DNA from: an uncultured Gemmatimonadales bacterium
GTDB lineage: Bacteria; Gemmatimonadota; Gemmatimonadetes; Gemmatimonadales; GWC2-71-9
NCBI GenBank assembly: GCA_963842945.1
Contig: CAWJIM010000019.1
Coordinates: 576,001-640,000, forward strand
DNA length: 64,000 bases
Direction of reading: 5' to 3'
The notes under the pieces are model-generated. The model had not been told where the DNA came from, made no database searches, and saw nothing but the letters and a program-made list of their open reading frames with translations. Made by a program: the position numbers and the translations under genes. Positions 63,831 through 64,000 of this stretch are shown one piece after another; the stretch's first letter is position 1; every line of letters begins with the position of its first letter.

Positions 63831-64000
63831 ATGGACCCTTTGGAGTTGACGCGCGCCCTCGTGGCGCTGGAAACACCGACCGGCTCGGAGCAGCCGGCGA
63901 TCGACCTCCTCGAGGGGATCCTCCGGCGCGCCGGGTATCGGACCTCGCGCCAGCCGGTCTCGCGCGGCCGGGACAACCTGTACGCCTACCGGGAGACGCC
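63831..64000 (+). CDS. M20-family metallohydrolase (ArgE/DapE-like), 3' truncated
   Basis: MDPLELTRALVALETPTGSE...RDNLYA resembles the M20 N-terminus. Confidence 0.7.
   Translation, partial: MDPLELTRALVALETPTGSEQPAIDLLEGILRRAGYRTSRQPVSRGRDNLYAYRET

Overview
High-GC bacterial chromosomal segment. Gene content and style suggest Gemmatimonadota (inference, not tested). It is mostly housekeeping: hisC-hisB-hisH-NUDIX-hisF, trpE, maf/dtd, glmM-glmS, purD-mutM, menaquinone late steps (menG/ubiD/ubiA/ubiX-like), an ECF sigma/anti-sigma operon, Mrp/NifU, guaB, gpmI, a Moco cluster (fdhD, mobA, mobB, moeA) and htpX-terC, plus secreted and outer-membrane hypotheticals. I saw no tRNA/rRNA, CRISPR array, transposase or integrase. 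About ten genes carry small apparent frameshifts, probably assembly errors. The most interesting signals are non-coding: (1) a leaderless Met/Thr/Lys-rich uORF with terminator/antiterminator geometry before an M20-family gene; (2) a duplicated 66-nt hairpin built from the glmS 3' end, with compensatory changes and its own -10 box and terminator (possible sRNA); (3) two promoters sharing 11-bp-phased TGAGATCG repeats; (4) a yybP-ykoY Mn2+ riboswitch over htpX-terC; (5) seven copies of a palindromic element (mostly 67 bp) that supplies stop codons; (6) many apparently leaderless genes.
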